Of a stretch of DNA of 64,000 nucleotides, positions 39,235 to 49,786 are shown piece by piece. Below the pieces are notes generated by a model, which searched no databases, was not told the origin of the DNA, and saw nothing but the letters and a program-made list of their open reading frames with translations. Position 1 is the stretch's first letter; each line of letters opens with the position of its first letter. A program made the position numbers and the translations under genes. Source of the stretch: an uncultured Candidatus Entotheonella sp. (GTDB lineage: Bacteria > Tectomicrobia > Entotheonellia > Entotheonellales > Entotheonellaceae); the NCBI GenBank assembly GCA_965215335.1, contig CBDCDA010000001.1:1248001-1312000 (forward strand). Reading direction: 5' to 3'.

Positions 39235-39430
39235 AGGCTCAGGACCTATGAAGAGTTATCTATTGAACACATCGGATTCAAGACCCTGACTCCATGGGGA
39301 GGCTCATCATGCCCGATCATTACTTCTGGCTCTCCGATGCGCAGTTTGCCCGACTTCAACCCCTGCTGCCCAACAAGGTGCACGGTGTCCCACGCGTCGA
39401 TGACCGAAAGGTCATCAGCGGCATCTCGCA
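39235..39430 (+). mobile_element. IS5-family left-end fragment
   Basis: CT-AGGCTCAGGACC TIR and MPDHYFWLSDAQFARLQPLLPNKVHGVPRVDDRKVISGI. Confidence 0.9.
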
Positions 39431-39818
39431 TGCGTTAACCCCCTTGAGAGGATGTTTCAGAAGCGCCTTCCACCCTTCCAGAAAGTTGGGACGGGGAAGA
39501 ATGCCGGACCACCGGCCACGGTAGCCGCAGCGTGAACGAAGAAACGCTATGTCATACGGCTTCTCGGACCAGAGGCCATCGGTATCTGGTCTGTACGTAT
39601 CGTGAAGTTGTCGAAGGGTGGCTCAAAGGGTATTCCCGAGGGTGGTTTTTTCCCCAAAGAAGCCCGGGAGTCTCTTTCGGCGTGAAAAGCAGGATCCTTT
39701 ATTCACAACACGGGATCATGTTATAGTACGCAGCGCCAAGTGCTTCGTGGCGTTGCGGTTGTTTCCCGGATTTCATCGCCGACAAGTATGCACACGAATG
39801 CATCGGAATTGCTTTTCC

Positions 39819-40883
39819 ATGAACACGGAACGAGTTAGTGCATACCCCCCCCCCCCCCCGCAAAATCTCTGTAAATTTAATCATTTATCCTCAGGTCGTG
39901 ATCGGGGCCCGCTTCTCCTGTCGGTCGTCGTCCCCTGCTTCAACGAGGAAGCGGTCGTCCGCGAGACGAATCGCCGGCTGCTCGACACCCTTGAAACCAT
40001 CCCCGCACTCACCTTCGAGATCGTCTACGTTGACGACGGCAGTCGTGATGCCACGCTGAACCTCCTGCGGGAGATTCAGTGCGCCGATACGCGCGTGCGG
40101 GTTATCGCCTTGTCCCGCAATTTCGGACATGAAATCGCCACCACCGCCGGCTTGAAGAGCGCCGCCGGTGATGTCGTCGTCATCATCGACGCCGATCTGC
40201 AAGACCCGCCCGAGGTCATCCCCGAGATGCTGGACCGTTGGCGCGCAGGAGCGGATGTCGCCTACGGCGTGCGCACCGAACGCGAGGGCGAGAGGAGATT
40301 CAAGCGCTGGACGGCCAGCGCCTTCTATCGGCTCCTCGACCGTCTCGCTGACGTCTCCATCCCCCTCGACAGCGGTGACTTCCGCCTCATGAACCGCATG
40401 GTGGTCGACGCCTTCCTCGCCATGCCCGAGCGCGACCGCTTCGTGCGCGGCATGGTGGTCTGGACCGGCTTCCGCCAGGAGCCTGTCCCCTACCGGCGCG
40501 CGGCCCGGGCGGCAGGCGAGACCAAGTATCGGTTCACAAAGCTGCTATGCTTGGCCGCCGACAGCATTCTGTCGTTCTCCCTCGCGCCGCTGCGTTTGGC
40601 GACCTGGCTCGGCTTTCTCACTTCCGGGCTGGCCCTGTCGGGCATCGTCTATGCCCTGGTCTCTCGCCTCTTGACCGATGCATGGGTTTCCGGCTGGGCA
40701 TCGCTCCTCATCTCCGTCCTGTTTTTCGGTGGCGTGCAACTCGTATGCCTCGGCATCATCGGCGAATACGTAGGGCGCATCTACGGCGAAGTGAAGCGGC
40801 GGCCGCTCTACCTGGTCAAGGAGCGGCTGGGGTTTCACGGCCACGAGCCAGCGGCGGTCCGGGACGAGACGGCGCATGAATAG
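39819..40883 (+). CDS. GT2 polyprenol-phosphate glycosyltransferase (GtrB/YkcC-like) with a C15 tract in the 5' coding region
   Basis: SVVVPCFNEE, VDDGS.D, LSRNFG, IDADLQDPPE, GDFRLM, two C-terminal TMs, GEYVGRIY.EVK.RPLY. Confidence 0.92.
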   Translation: MNTERVSAYPPPPPQNLCKFNHLSSGRDRGPLLLSVVVPCFNEEAVVRETNRRLLDTLETIPALTFEIVYVDDGSRDATLNLLREIQCADTRVRVIALSRNFGHEIATTAGLKSAAGDVVVIIDADLQDPPEVIPEMLDRWRAGADVAYGVRTEREGERRFKRWTASAFYRLLDRLADVSIPLDSGDFRLMNRMVVDAFLAMPERDRFVRGMVVWTGFRQEPVPYRRAARAAGETKYRFTKLLCLAADSILSFSLAPLRLATWLGFLTSGLALSGIVYALVSRLLTDAWVSGWASLLISVLFFGGVQLVCLGIIGEYVGRIYGEVKRRPLYLVKERLGFHGHEPAAVRDETAHE

Positions 40884-41874
40884 CGCGGGGACGCGGTGGC
40901 TGAAGCTGTCGGTCGGTTTCATCACGACGGCGGGTTTCGTGTGGCTTCTGACGCGCGGCCTGGACCTGGACGCCTTGGGCCGAGCGTTCGCGGGGTTGTC
41001 GGTCTCTTGGATTCTGCTCGCCTTGGTCTTCCTGGTCGCCGGCTGGGCGATGCGTATCGTGCGCTGGTGGCGGATGCTGTGTGCCTTTGAACCGACACTG
41101 CCGCTCGGCGCGTGTGTCGAGCCGTTTCTCACGGGCATGGCAGTCAACAACGTGCTGCCGTTGCGGGCGGGTGACGTGATGCGCTGTCTGGGGTTTCGCC
41201 GCCAGCTTCGGGCGCCCGTCATGCGGGTGGCGGGCACGCTGGTCGTCGAGCGCGTCTTGGACGTGGTCGTCCTGGTCGGGATGTTCTTTCTGGGGCTGCT
41301 CAGTGTGCAGGCCGGTGTCTTCCCGCGCGGTTTCGTCGTCGCGGCGATGTGGCTGGCGGGTGCGGGCGTCGCGGCGATTCTTGTCCTGCTGCTGTTCACG
41401 CCCTTATGCGACCACTGGCAGGGAGGCCGGCTCTTCGCCGCCTGGCGCTGGCCGCGAGCCATTTCCCGACATGGCACGCACTTTGCCGAGGCGTTCGATC
41501 TCGTGTGCTCTGGGACCAGGATGTCCGCGCTCATTGTCCTGTCCGTCATCGCCTGGATCTGCGAAGGGGCGGTGTTCGTGACCGTGGCCGCAGCCGTCCA
41601 AGCCGACACCGCGCCGCTGGGGCCGTGGTTCGCGCTGGCGACCGGTACGCTGGCAACCGTCATCCCCAGCACGCCGGGACATATTGGGACATTCGACTAC
41701 TTCGCCGCCCGGGGCCTCGCCGCGTATGGCGCCACCCCCGAACATGCGGCCGCCTTCGCGCTGGTGGTCCACGCCTTGCTGTGGACGACGTCAACCGCGG
41801 CCGGGCTGCCTTGGGTGCTGCTCCGTTCTGTGTCTGCCGGCCGTCGCAACAAGGAGTCCCAATGCGTGAATTGA
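40876..41874 (+). CDS. Flippase-like membrane protein (lysylphosphatidylglycerol synthase TM/YbhN family)
   Basis: R..RW, NNVLPLRAGD, ERVLD, PSTPGHIGTF. Confidence 0.88.
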   Translation: MNSAGTRWLKLSVGFITTAGFVWLLTRGLDLDALGRAFAGLSVSWILLALVFLVAGWAMRIVRWWRMLCAFEPTLPLGACVEPFLTGMAVNNVLPLRAGDVMRCLGFRRQLRAPVMRVAGTLVVERVLDVVVLVGMFFLGLLSVQAGVFPRGFVVAAMWLAGAGVAAILVLLLFTPLCDHWQGGRLFAAWRWPRAISRHGTHFAEAFDLVCSGTRMSALIVLSVIAWICEGAVFVTVAAAVQADTAPLGPWFALATGTLATVIPSTPGHIGTFDYFAARGLAAYGATPEHAAAFALVVHALLWTTSTAAGLPWVLLRSVSAGRRNKESQCVN

Positions 41875-44234
41875 CAGGCGCCGCGTTCGAGCGGGGAAAC
41901 CTGCCAGCGTGGTTGCGACCGACCGCCGCTTTTGCAATGCAGCCCAGGGCCTTGCCACTCGTCCTGCTGCTGTTGGCGCTGTCAACGGTGTTCCTGTTTG
42001 GCAACGACCGCGGGATCTTTTACCGAGCGGGACATCACAATTGGAACACGGCCATCTATCTTGCCAAGGCCGTCAATCTCTCACCAAAGCACAACTTCCT
42101 CGTCTTCGATTCACTCACGCTGGATATTGACGGCGCTCCCTCCCGCAGGCCCTACACCCGCTTTCCGATTGGCGGCACCGCCCTGACAAAACTCGCTATC
42201 CTCCCTTTCTGGGGCGACCTGGACGCGCAAATCTACGTCGCCCGGGTTTTGTTTCTGCTCTTCTTTTCCGGCACTGCCGTGCTGGGCTACTTGGCCGTGT
42301 CCCGACTCCTGGCAGACCGCTGGATAGCGCTGACCGCGACTCTCCTGGCCTTTTCCTCTTACTATTTGCTGTATTACAACGACATGCTCTCCACCGAGGT
42401 TGGCCCCTCTCTCTTCGGCCTGATGCTCACCTTTCACGGCATGGTTTTCTTCTCGACCGGGGCCGGCTCATTCAGGCAGTTGCTCATCAAGGCGTGTACG
42501 GCTTTGCTGTTGGGCTGGCACGTCTACGCGTTGCTGCTACCCTTCATCTTTCTGGGCCTGGCGAGCGAATTCGTCAAGGGTACGCGGCCTCCATCCCCAC
42601 TAGCTCTCGGTTTGACAGGTCGGATCAAGCGCCGAGGAACTGCGCTGCTGTCCAGCCGCTATCTGGCTCTTGGAGTGGTTGCCCTGCTTTTCGGAACGGC
42701 ATTGCTGTCTTTCAACCTGGGCAATGAGTACTTTGCGCTTGACGGTAAAGTTGCGCTCACCGAACTCCCTACGGTGGAGTCCATGACGCGTCGCTTTGGA
42801 CAGCATGACGCATTCAATGTGAAACACCGGCAAGCGTTGGCATGGATACCTTTTCTTGAAAATCAGTTCTACCGCATTGGCAAGATGACGCTGCCGTTCC
42901 TGGTCAGTCCTTTCAATAACCACTCGCTCCGTGATGCCCGAGACTACCAGAGCGTCGTAATCGGAGTATTGGCGCTGGCCGTCTGCCTCGTCGGGTTGCT
43001 TTTCATGCGCATTACCAACAAGAATTGGATGATGCCGGCAGTCCTGGTGGCGGCCGGCTTCTGCTGGGCGTTGCCGATGCGCCATAACACCGCCTTTCAT
43101 GACTTCGAGAGCGTGTTTTATGTCGGTATTCCTTTGACGGCGTTCTCTTTTATTCTTCTGTACATGCGAAAATTGGCGAAGTCGAATGGCCAATTCCTTC
43201 AGAATTGCGCGCTCATCGCGCTGCTGGTATTCGTGCTCTCCGGTGCCGAGATGGCCGGAGTTGCGGACCGTCCCAGCGATCGCACGGCGGCGAGGGAAGT
43301 AATGGAGGACTTTCAGGTCATAAGGGGCATGGTCGGGGGGAGGATTGTATCCATTCCCTTCGGAGTGCGTCATTCGAGCGAGGGAATGCACGCGAGAACT
43401 ATAGAATACTACCTTGCCGGGAGCATCATCATTGATTCCCGTGCAAGAAGGAAGCAGGAGGATTTTGCCATCCTGCCCCATCGCGACGAATTACCAGGGC
43501 TTCTCACGCCGGATAACCGGCGGATGTTCCTGTATGACATGGCCGCTTACGAGGAGGCACTGGACAGGATTGTCGAATCCGGGAAGCCGATGATCCACGT
43601 CAGGTATGGTGGCTCTGGATTCGACATATTTATGGACAGCAACAGGCTCTATTACGTCTCATACGTCCCAGCACAAACCAGTCTGGCGCGGTTTGCCGAG
43701 GATACGCCGGCGGTGAACGTGCCATTTACTGTGTACCTGGATCCTGAGATCCGACGACGCAGGGTGAAGGGGGAGCCTTGGCAATGGGAGCGTGGAAACT
43801 ACGCAGGGGGCTGGATCAAGATTCTCCGTCCCGACCACTGGGTCCCTGGCTACCAGTACACGCCCACGGACGAGGATGTCGGCTATCGCCTGCGGGCATC
43901 GGTGGGCTACATTGATACTGACGGCAATCGGAGCGTGGCGATTTCCGACCCGTCGGCACCCGTCGGGTCGGCGCCGCTGTGCATCTCCATGCCTCGGTTC
44001 TTCCTGCATATCGTCCCCGTTGACGGGGACGACCTTCCCGACCATCGCAAGCAGTACGGATTCGACAACTTCGACTTCTGCTGGGACGATTACAACGGTC
44101 CGTTCAGTAAGCTAGGCGTTGCCGTGCGCGAACTTCCCGACTACGACATCGCTCTCATCCGCACCGGCCAATACACTGCGAAAGGCCGCCTCTGGGAAGG
44201 CGAGGCCAGGCTAGTGTACAGTCCCATGGATTGA
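41862..44234 (+). CDS. Polytopic GT-C-like membrane glycosyltransferase with C-terminal extracytoplasmic domains
   Basis: AAGGAG SD, ATG 41862; more than ten TMs (Y.RFPIG, SYYLLYYNDM, HDFE). The C-terminus carries the FFLH/GFDN module and an Ig-like insert. GT-C call rests on topology and context. Confidence 0.65.
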   Translation: MRELTGAAFERGNLPAWLRPTAAFAMQPRALPLVLLLLALSTVFLFGNDRGIFYRAGHHNWNTAIYLAKAVNLSPKHNFLVFDSLTLDIDGAPSRRPYTRFPIGGTALTKLAILPFWGDLDAQIYVARVLFLLFFSGTAVLGYLAVSRLLADRWIALTATLLAFSSYYLLYYNDMLSTEVGPSLFGLMLTFHGMVFFSTGAGSFRQLLIKACTALLLGWHVYALLLPFIFLGLASEFVKGTRPPSPLALGLTGRIKRRGTALLSSRYLALGVVALLFGTALLSFNLGNEYFALDGKVALTELPTVESMTRRFGQHDAFNVKHRQALAWIPFLENQFYRIGKMTLPFLVSPFNNHSLRDARDYQSVVIGVLALAVCLVGLLFMRITNKNWMMPAVLVAAGFCWALPMRHNTAFHDFESVFYVGIPLTAFSFILLYMRKLAKSNGQFLQNCALIALLVFVLSGAEMAGVADRPSDRTAAREVMEDFQVIRGMVGGRIVSIPFGVRHSSEGMHARTIEYYLAGSIIIDSRARRKQEDFAILPHRDELPGLLTPDNRRMFLYDMAAYEEALDRIVESGKPMIHVRYGGSGFDIFMDSNRLYYVSYVPAQTSLARFAEDTPAVNVPFTVYLDPEIRRRRVKGEPWQWERGNYAGGWIKILRPDHWVPGYQYTPTDEDVGYRLRASVGYIDTDGNRSVAISDPSAPVGSAPLCISMPRFFLHIVPVDGDDLPDHRKQYGFDNFDFCWDDYNGPFSKLGVAVRELPDYDIALIRTGQYTAKGRLWEGEARLVYSPMD

Positions 44235-44956
44235 TGGTATGATCCTTTCCGCGCAATCGAAGGAAGCACTATGGGAAAGGAACTGAGCCAAACCTGCGGC
44301 ATCAACCCCAAGACCGTCCGAAAATGGCGAAAGCGAAACACCGTCGAAGACCACAAGACAGGACCCGGACAACCGCGCTCGACACTCCTCAGCGAGAAGG
44401 AAGCGCTTCAGGCGCTACCCTATCGGCTATTTCCATATCGACATCGCCGAACTGCGCACCGCCGAGGGCAAACTCCGTCGGTTCATCGCCATCGACCGGA
44501 CCTCGAAGTTCGCCTTCGCCAGGCTGGTGGAACGCGCCACCACGAAAGCGGCGGCAGCATTCCTGGACGACCTGGTTGCAGCCGTGCCCTGCCAGGTCCA
44601 TACGGTGCCGACCGACGATGGCATCGAGTTTGCCGATCTTGCCCGGAACCGAGGCGGCGCCACGGCGCGCTTGCGCGGTCACCTGTTCGAGCGGGCGTGT
44701 CGGCGCCATGGGATCAAGCACCGTCTGACGAAGCCCAACCATCCGTCCGTGGACCAACGGTCAGGCCGAGCGCATGAACCGCACGGTCAAGGAGGCCACC
44801 GTCAAGCGTTTCCGCGACGAGAGTCATGCCCGATTGCGCCGCCACCTGGATGATTTTCTGTCGGCCTGCAACTTCGCGCGGCGTCTCAAGACCCTCTAAG
44901 GCCTTACACCCTACGAATACATCTGCAAGGTCTGGACATCGGAGCCGCAAAGATTT
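44215..44956 (+). mobile_element. IS481-family element, internally deleted and right-truncated
   Basis: TGTACAGTCCC end; GINPKTVRKWRKR, GYFHIDIAE, AIDRTSKF, HRLTKPNHP, ERMNRTVKEATVKR, TPYEYICK. Confidence 0.88.
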
Positions 44957-45746
44957 AGGCTCAGGACTCATAACCAGAAGATGACCGTGACAGCAAGACA
45001 GATGGCACTGAAAAAAGGGTGTGCACACCGGTCATAGCGCGTGGCGATGCGACGCCAATCCTTGAGACGACCAGACAGACGCTCGATGAGGTTACGACTC
45101 TTGTAAAGCTCGCGATCATGGACAATCGGCTCTTTACGGTTGGCACGGCCCGGAATGCACGACGCAATGCCTCGCCTAGCGCAACCGGTAGAGCAGGCAC
45201 AATCGTATCAGCCCCGCGATAGTCGCTGACCTGACCCGCTGTCAACAACAGCACGATGGGCTTGCCATCGCCGTCACAGACCGCATGGAGCTTGGAGTTC
45301 AGACCGCCTCGGGTGCGCCCGATCTGACGCGGAAAAGCCCCTTTTTCAGCAGGCTGGCAGCGGTGCGATGCGCCTTGATATGGGTGCTGTTGATCATCAC
45401 GGTTTCGGTCTCGGTGCTTTCTGATGCCAGGGTCTGGAAGATACGGTCGAACACCCCGGCCTTGCTCCGGCGCACGAAGCGGTTGTAAGGGTCTTGTGGG
45501 GACCGTAGCAGGCCGGTGCATCGCGCCACATGAGGCCGTGGCGGATGACGTGGATGATGCCGCTGATGACCTTTCGGTCATCGACGCGTGGGACGCCCGC
45601 GCACCTTGTTGGGCAGCAGGGGTTGAAGTCGGGCAGACTGCGCATCGGAGAGCCAGAAGTGATGATCAGGCATGATGAGCCTCCCCATGGAGTCAGGGTC
45701 TTGAACCCGATATGTTCAATGATAACCCTTTATAGGTCCTGAGCCT
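44957..45746 (-). mobile_element. IS5-family element, degenerate near-full copy
   Basis: Both TIRs (AGGCTCAGGAC); OrfA and OrfB homologous to 54514-55274 with frameshifts and a deletion. Confidence 0.92.
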
Positions 45747-45817
45747 AGCCAAGGGTAGGGTGACCAGCCCGGCGCCGCACGCCAGGTCCACTTCATGGCA
45801 GCGCAACAAGGAGGTTC

Positions 45818-46060
45818 CTATCCCTTGGCGTACTCGAACAGTGCCGTCACGTCGACGGCGAAGCCATCCAACAGCGGCGAGGTTGCCGTGTCGCCGCGGG
45901 AGAATGCGCCGTGCGACATAGGCGTCCCCGGCGAGGGTAAGCACGGTGACGGTCTCGAAGCGGGGATCGACGATCCAGTACTCGGGGACGTCCACCTCCG
46001 CGTAGTCGGCGCGTTTGGTGACGAGATCACGATCCGGATCGTCCGGGCTGCGGCGCCGTG
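45818..46060 (-). pseudogene. Uma2-family endonuclease C-terminal remnant
   Basis: [27 protein letters not shown] / [11 protein letters not shown]. Confidence 0.8.
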
Positions 46061-46202
46061 CCAAGACTGGCATTATACACGGATGCCGTCTCCTCGCACC
46101 GGCTTGGTGGCGGGGTGCGCCCTCAGCAGGGCTATGCTAGAATGCGCCATTTACAACTCCCCGCAAAACCTCTGTCAGCATCCCCCAAGGAGAACGGAAT
46201 CC

Positions 46203-47408
46203 ATGCGTGTCACATTTGCCTCGGAAAGCGTAACGGAAGGTCATCCGGACAAGGTCTGCGACAAGATATCGGATAGCGTCCTGGATGCTGCGTTGACGGT
46301 GGATGCCAAGGCCCGCGTGGCCTGCGAGACCCTGGTCTCCGAAAACCTGGTCGTGATCACCGGCGAGGTAAGTGAGTCCGTTCTGAACAACCTGGACATC
46401 GAGAGCGTCGCCCGCGAGGCGGTGCGCGCGATCGGCTACACGTCGCCGGATATCGGCTTCGACGCCGATACGTGCCAGGTGCAGGTGCACCTGAAGCCGC
46501 AAAGCCCCGACATCTCCCAGGGCGTGTCCGGCGGCGAGGGCCTGTTCAAGGAGCAGGGCGCCGGCGACCAGGGCATGATGTTCGGCTACGCCACCAAGGA
46601 AGCCCGACTGCACGACGTGGATACGGAACTGATGCCGACACCTATTTACTTTGCCCACCGGCTCACGGGGCGTCTGGCCGAGGTGCGCAAGGCGGGCATC
46701 GTGCCCGGCCTGTATCCCGACGGCAAGGCGCAAGTGGCGGTGGAGTATGAGGACAACGTACCCGTGGCCATCGCCAACCTGGTGATTTCCACGCACCACA
46801 GCCCCGACCTGAAACTCAACGACCTGCGCGCCGCCCTCATCGATCACGTCATCAAGCCGGTCATCCCCGACCGGCTGCTGTCCCACAGCCTGATGGACGC
46901 CGAGCGCGACCGGCTCGACAGCACGGTGATCTTCGTCAACCCCACGGGCGCCTTCCTGCACGGCGGCCCCAAGGCAGACGCCGGGCTGACCGGCCGCAAG
47001 ATCATCGTCGATACTTACGGCGGCATGGGCCGCCACGGCGGTGGTGCGTTCTCCGGCAAGGACCCGAGCAAGGTGGACCGCTCGGCGGCCTATATGGCCC
47101 GCCACATCGCCAAATGCGTCGTGGCTGCCGAGCTCGCCAACGTCTGCGAGGTGCAGATCGCCTACGTCATCGGCCACGCTAATCCCGTCAGCGTGCGGGT
47201 CGACACCGCGAATCCCATCGTCTCGGAAGAGAAAATCGGCCAGGCCATCCAGGACGTCTTCGACATGCGCCCCGAATTCATCATCCAACGCCTCGACCTG
47301 CTGCGACCGATCTACCGCCCCACCGCTGCCTACGGCCACTTCGGCCGCCCCGACTTTCCCTGGGAAGCCGCCGACCGCGTCAGCGATCTGCAGCGCACCC
47401 TGTCGTAG
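46203..47408 (+). CDS. metK: S-adenosylmethionine synthetase
   Basis: [56 protein letters not shown]. Confidence 0.98.
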   Translation: MRVTFASESVTEGHPDKVCDKISDSVLDAALTVDAKARVACETLVSENLVVITGEVSESVLNNLDIESVAREAVRAIGYTSPDIGFDADTCQVQVHLKPQSPDISQGVSGGEGLFKEQGAGDQGMMFGYATKEARLHDVDTELMPTPIYFAHRLTGRLAEVRKAGIVPGLYPDGKAQVAVEYEDNVPVAIANLVISTHHSPDLKLNDLRAALIDHVIKPVIPDRLLSHSLMDAERDRLDSTVIFVNPTGAFLHGGPKADAGLTGRKIIVDTYGGMGRHGGGAFSGKDPSKVDRSAAYMARHIAKCVVAAELANVCEVQIAYVIGHANPVSVRVDTANPIVSEEKIGQAIQDVFDMRPEFIIQRLDLLRPIYRPTAAYGHFGRPDFPWEAADRVSDLQRTLS

Positions 47409-47458
47409 CGGACCGTCGCCGCGCGGCCTGCGTCGTCTGCATCGCAAGGATCAGGCGG

Positions 47459-48029
47459 ATGGTGGAGGCGTACGATCCCCTGAACTACGAAAACCTGGCT
47501 CGCAGTGTGGTGAACGCACTGCTGGAGGCGGAAGCGGTCGCCATGCCGCCGGTAAGCGAGTTTTCCGGCTCCGGCGTTTACGCGTTGTACTACCTCGGCG
47601 GGCTGCCATTTTACGAGGGGATCGCTTCCCGGCAATGCCACCCCCATCTACGTCGGCAAGGCGGCGCCGGCTGGAGGGCGAAAGGGCGGCAGGAGCAGCG
47701 GCGCGGACGGGAGCGGCGGCGAACTGTTCCGCCGCCTGCGGCAGCACGGCAGGTCCGTCGAGCAGGCCCGCAATTTGCATCTCGGCGAATTCAGGTGCCG
47801 CTATCTGGTCGTGTTCCCGGTGTGGATCGATCTGGCGGAGCGATTCCTGCTCGAACACTTCCGACCGGTATGGAATACGGTGATCGACGGCTTCGGCAAC
47901 CACGATCCCGGTCGCGGTCGCCGCGCCATGCGACGCCCCCGCTGGGACGCGGTGCATCCCGGTCGGCCTTGGGCCGCGGCGTTGCAGACCGACGAGACCG
48001 TCGCGGATGTTCTGTCGCTGCTGGATTGA
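47459..48029 (+). pseudogene. Eco29kI-family GIY-YIG restriction endonuclease with a single frameshift
   Basis: YDPLNYENL..S, GSGVYALYY | PIYVGKA...GRKG...RL..H..S, PVWN..IDGFGNHDPG.GR, WD..HPGRPWA. The frame changes at about 47641 (C5). Confidence 0.88.
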
Positions 48030-48037
48030 AGCCTTGC

Positions 48038-49375
48038 CTACGGCGCCCGGAGCTCGACCGCGGTCTCGTACAGCCTCACACGCTGACGCACCAAGCCGAT
48101 GCGCACCGATGAATTGACGATGCTGTTCCCCGTCCGTCGCTTCCGCACCTCGTGCAACGCCACGATCCTGAACCCTTCCCGTTCCGCAATCTCCGCGAAC
48201 AGCCTGTCCGTCTGAAACTCGATGCCCTGCAGGATGTTGTTGCCGATCACGACGACCACGCCGCCGCCGGGGCGCATGCGGCTCAGCGTGACGGTGCAGA
48301 AACGCTGACAGTCGTTGAAGTAGGCGGCGGCGTAATTGGCCCAGCCGGAACCGCCGTAGGGACCCTTTTCGGGGTGCAGCGCACGAAGCTGTTCAATCTG
48401 CTCGGCCAAGTGGGGCAGATTGGGCTGCAAAGCGACCGGCGGACCGGATCGCACCGTCTGCCAGAACAGCCCGAAGCTCTGGCGCTCAATGGCCTTCAGG
48501 TCGGCAGGCGACTGCGCCAAGCCGAGCCAGAAGAGGTGTGGGCGCGTATTGCGAATGTAGTGATAGTTGTTGAGGTACGGTGGGGAGGTAATGAGCACGT
48601 CGATGCTGCGGGGTTCGATCCGGTGCGCGTGGTCGAGGTAGGACAGTGGGCGCACGATGGCGCGCGGAACCCGCTTGTGCTTGGCCAGCCAGCCCTGGAA
48701 CCTGACGATGTCGTCGCGCATTTCCTGCAATTTGCGCCGGACGGTGCCGAAAACGTCGGCACCGTCGATATCGGGCTTGCCCGCGCCGGCCCGCGTGCCG
48801 AGGCTGGGCTCGTAGGTGTAGTTGGAAAAGCTCACCATCACGGAACCGAAGGCGACGTGCAGCAGGTCCTTCAGCCAGTCGGTGGTTTCTTCGGCGATGA
48901 AATCCAGGCACGCCAGCACCTGCCGTTCCACCGCGTCGCTGAAAAACGGCGTGCGGCTGCGGAAGCCCTTCGGGCGCCTTGAAACGGGCCTCGTGTGGCG
49001 CCAGGACGCCGCCTCGCCGCACGCCTCGAAGCGGGCGATCAGGGCGTCCAGAACCGCCACGTCGTAGTTCCCGGCACCGGCCTTCACCCTGCAGGCGAGC
49101 GCCGCGTAGGGATTGATCTCGAAGCCGATGGTATCGTCGCCTTTTCTCAGGGCTTCGATGAGGGTGGTGCCGACCCCGGCGAAGGGGTCGAGGACGCGCA
49201 TCTTGCCACGCTGCCTGACGGTATCCAGCACCCCGGCGACAAAGGAGCCGGAGAACCCGGCGATCCAGGGGACCCAGCGGTGCAGCGCGAGCTCGTGATT
49301 TTCCGTGAAGGCGGTATCGCGGAAGCTTGGCGGGATCAGGCCATGTTGCACGTTCGACTCGGCGTTTGCCATCAT
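48038..49375 (-). CDS. Amino (N4-C/N6-A) DNA methyltransferase, convergent with the REase
   Basis: HRW..WIAGFS, VLDPFAGVGTT (motif I) before ITSPPY (motif IV). Confidence 0.9.
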   Translation of the reverse strand: MMANAESNVQHGLIPPSFRDTAFTENHELALHRWVPWIAGFSGSFVAGVLDTVRQRGKMRVLDPFAGVGTTLIEALRKGDDTIGFEINPYAALACRVKAGAGNYDVAVLDALIARFEACGEAASWRHTRPVSRRPKGFRSRTPFFSDAVERQVLACLDFIAEETTDWLKDLLHVAFGSVMVSFSNYTYEPSLGTRAGAGKPDIDGADVFGTVRRKLQEMRDDIVRFQGWLAKHKRVPRAIVRPLSYLDHAHRIEPRSIDVLITSPPYLNNYHYIRNTRPHLFWLGLAQSPADLKAIERQSFGLFWQTVRSGPPVALQPNLPHLAEQIEQLRALHPEKGPYGGSGWANYAAAYFNDCQRFCTVTLSRMRPGGGVVVVIGNNILQGIEFQTDRLFAEIAEREGFRIVALHEVRKRRTGNSIVNSSVRIGLVRQRVRLYETAVELRAP

Positions 49376-49786
49376 GTCAACGACAGGGAAGGGTATATGG
49401 GCGAGGCGGGATTCGGCAGCAGGCGGCGGCCGGGGCAGTCAACCACCAGGTCCAGCACTTCCAGCAGCACCTGCCCCAGAAGCGCTTCGCTTCGCAGGGG
49501 TCCGACCAGACATGGCAAGGTCACGCTGCGGCCCGCCACCTCCACATGAATACCCTTCGCCATGGGCATCTCTTCACGGCGTTCGTCGGCCAGGGTAGCG
49601 ATGACGCGATCCCCTATCGGAACACCCGGGTAATTCGACCACGTCGCGGGGAAACACGTTCATCACCGCGCCGGTATCGACAAGCCCCCGGATTTGAAGC
49701 GCCCGGACCTGTGAGGCTGGTAAAAGCCCCTCCTGCGCCTTGACGCGGTCGATGAAATTTTCGAGCCGGACCTCGGCTCTGACGAC

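Noticed and set aside
39431..39810. Possible further IS remnant upstream of the GT2 gene
   Set aside because: No transposase motif or matching terminal repeat could be identified within the window.
41349..41861. Upstream extension of the 961-aa ORF
   Set aside because: It overlaps the flippase gene; AAGGAG plus ATG at 41862 is the credible start.
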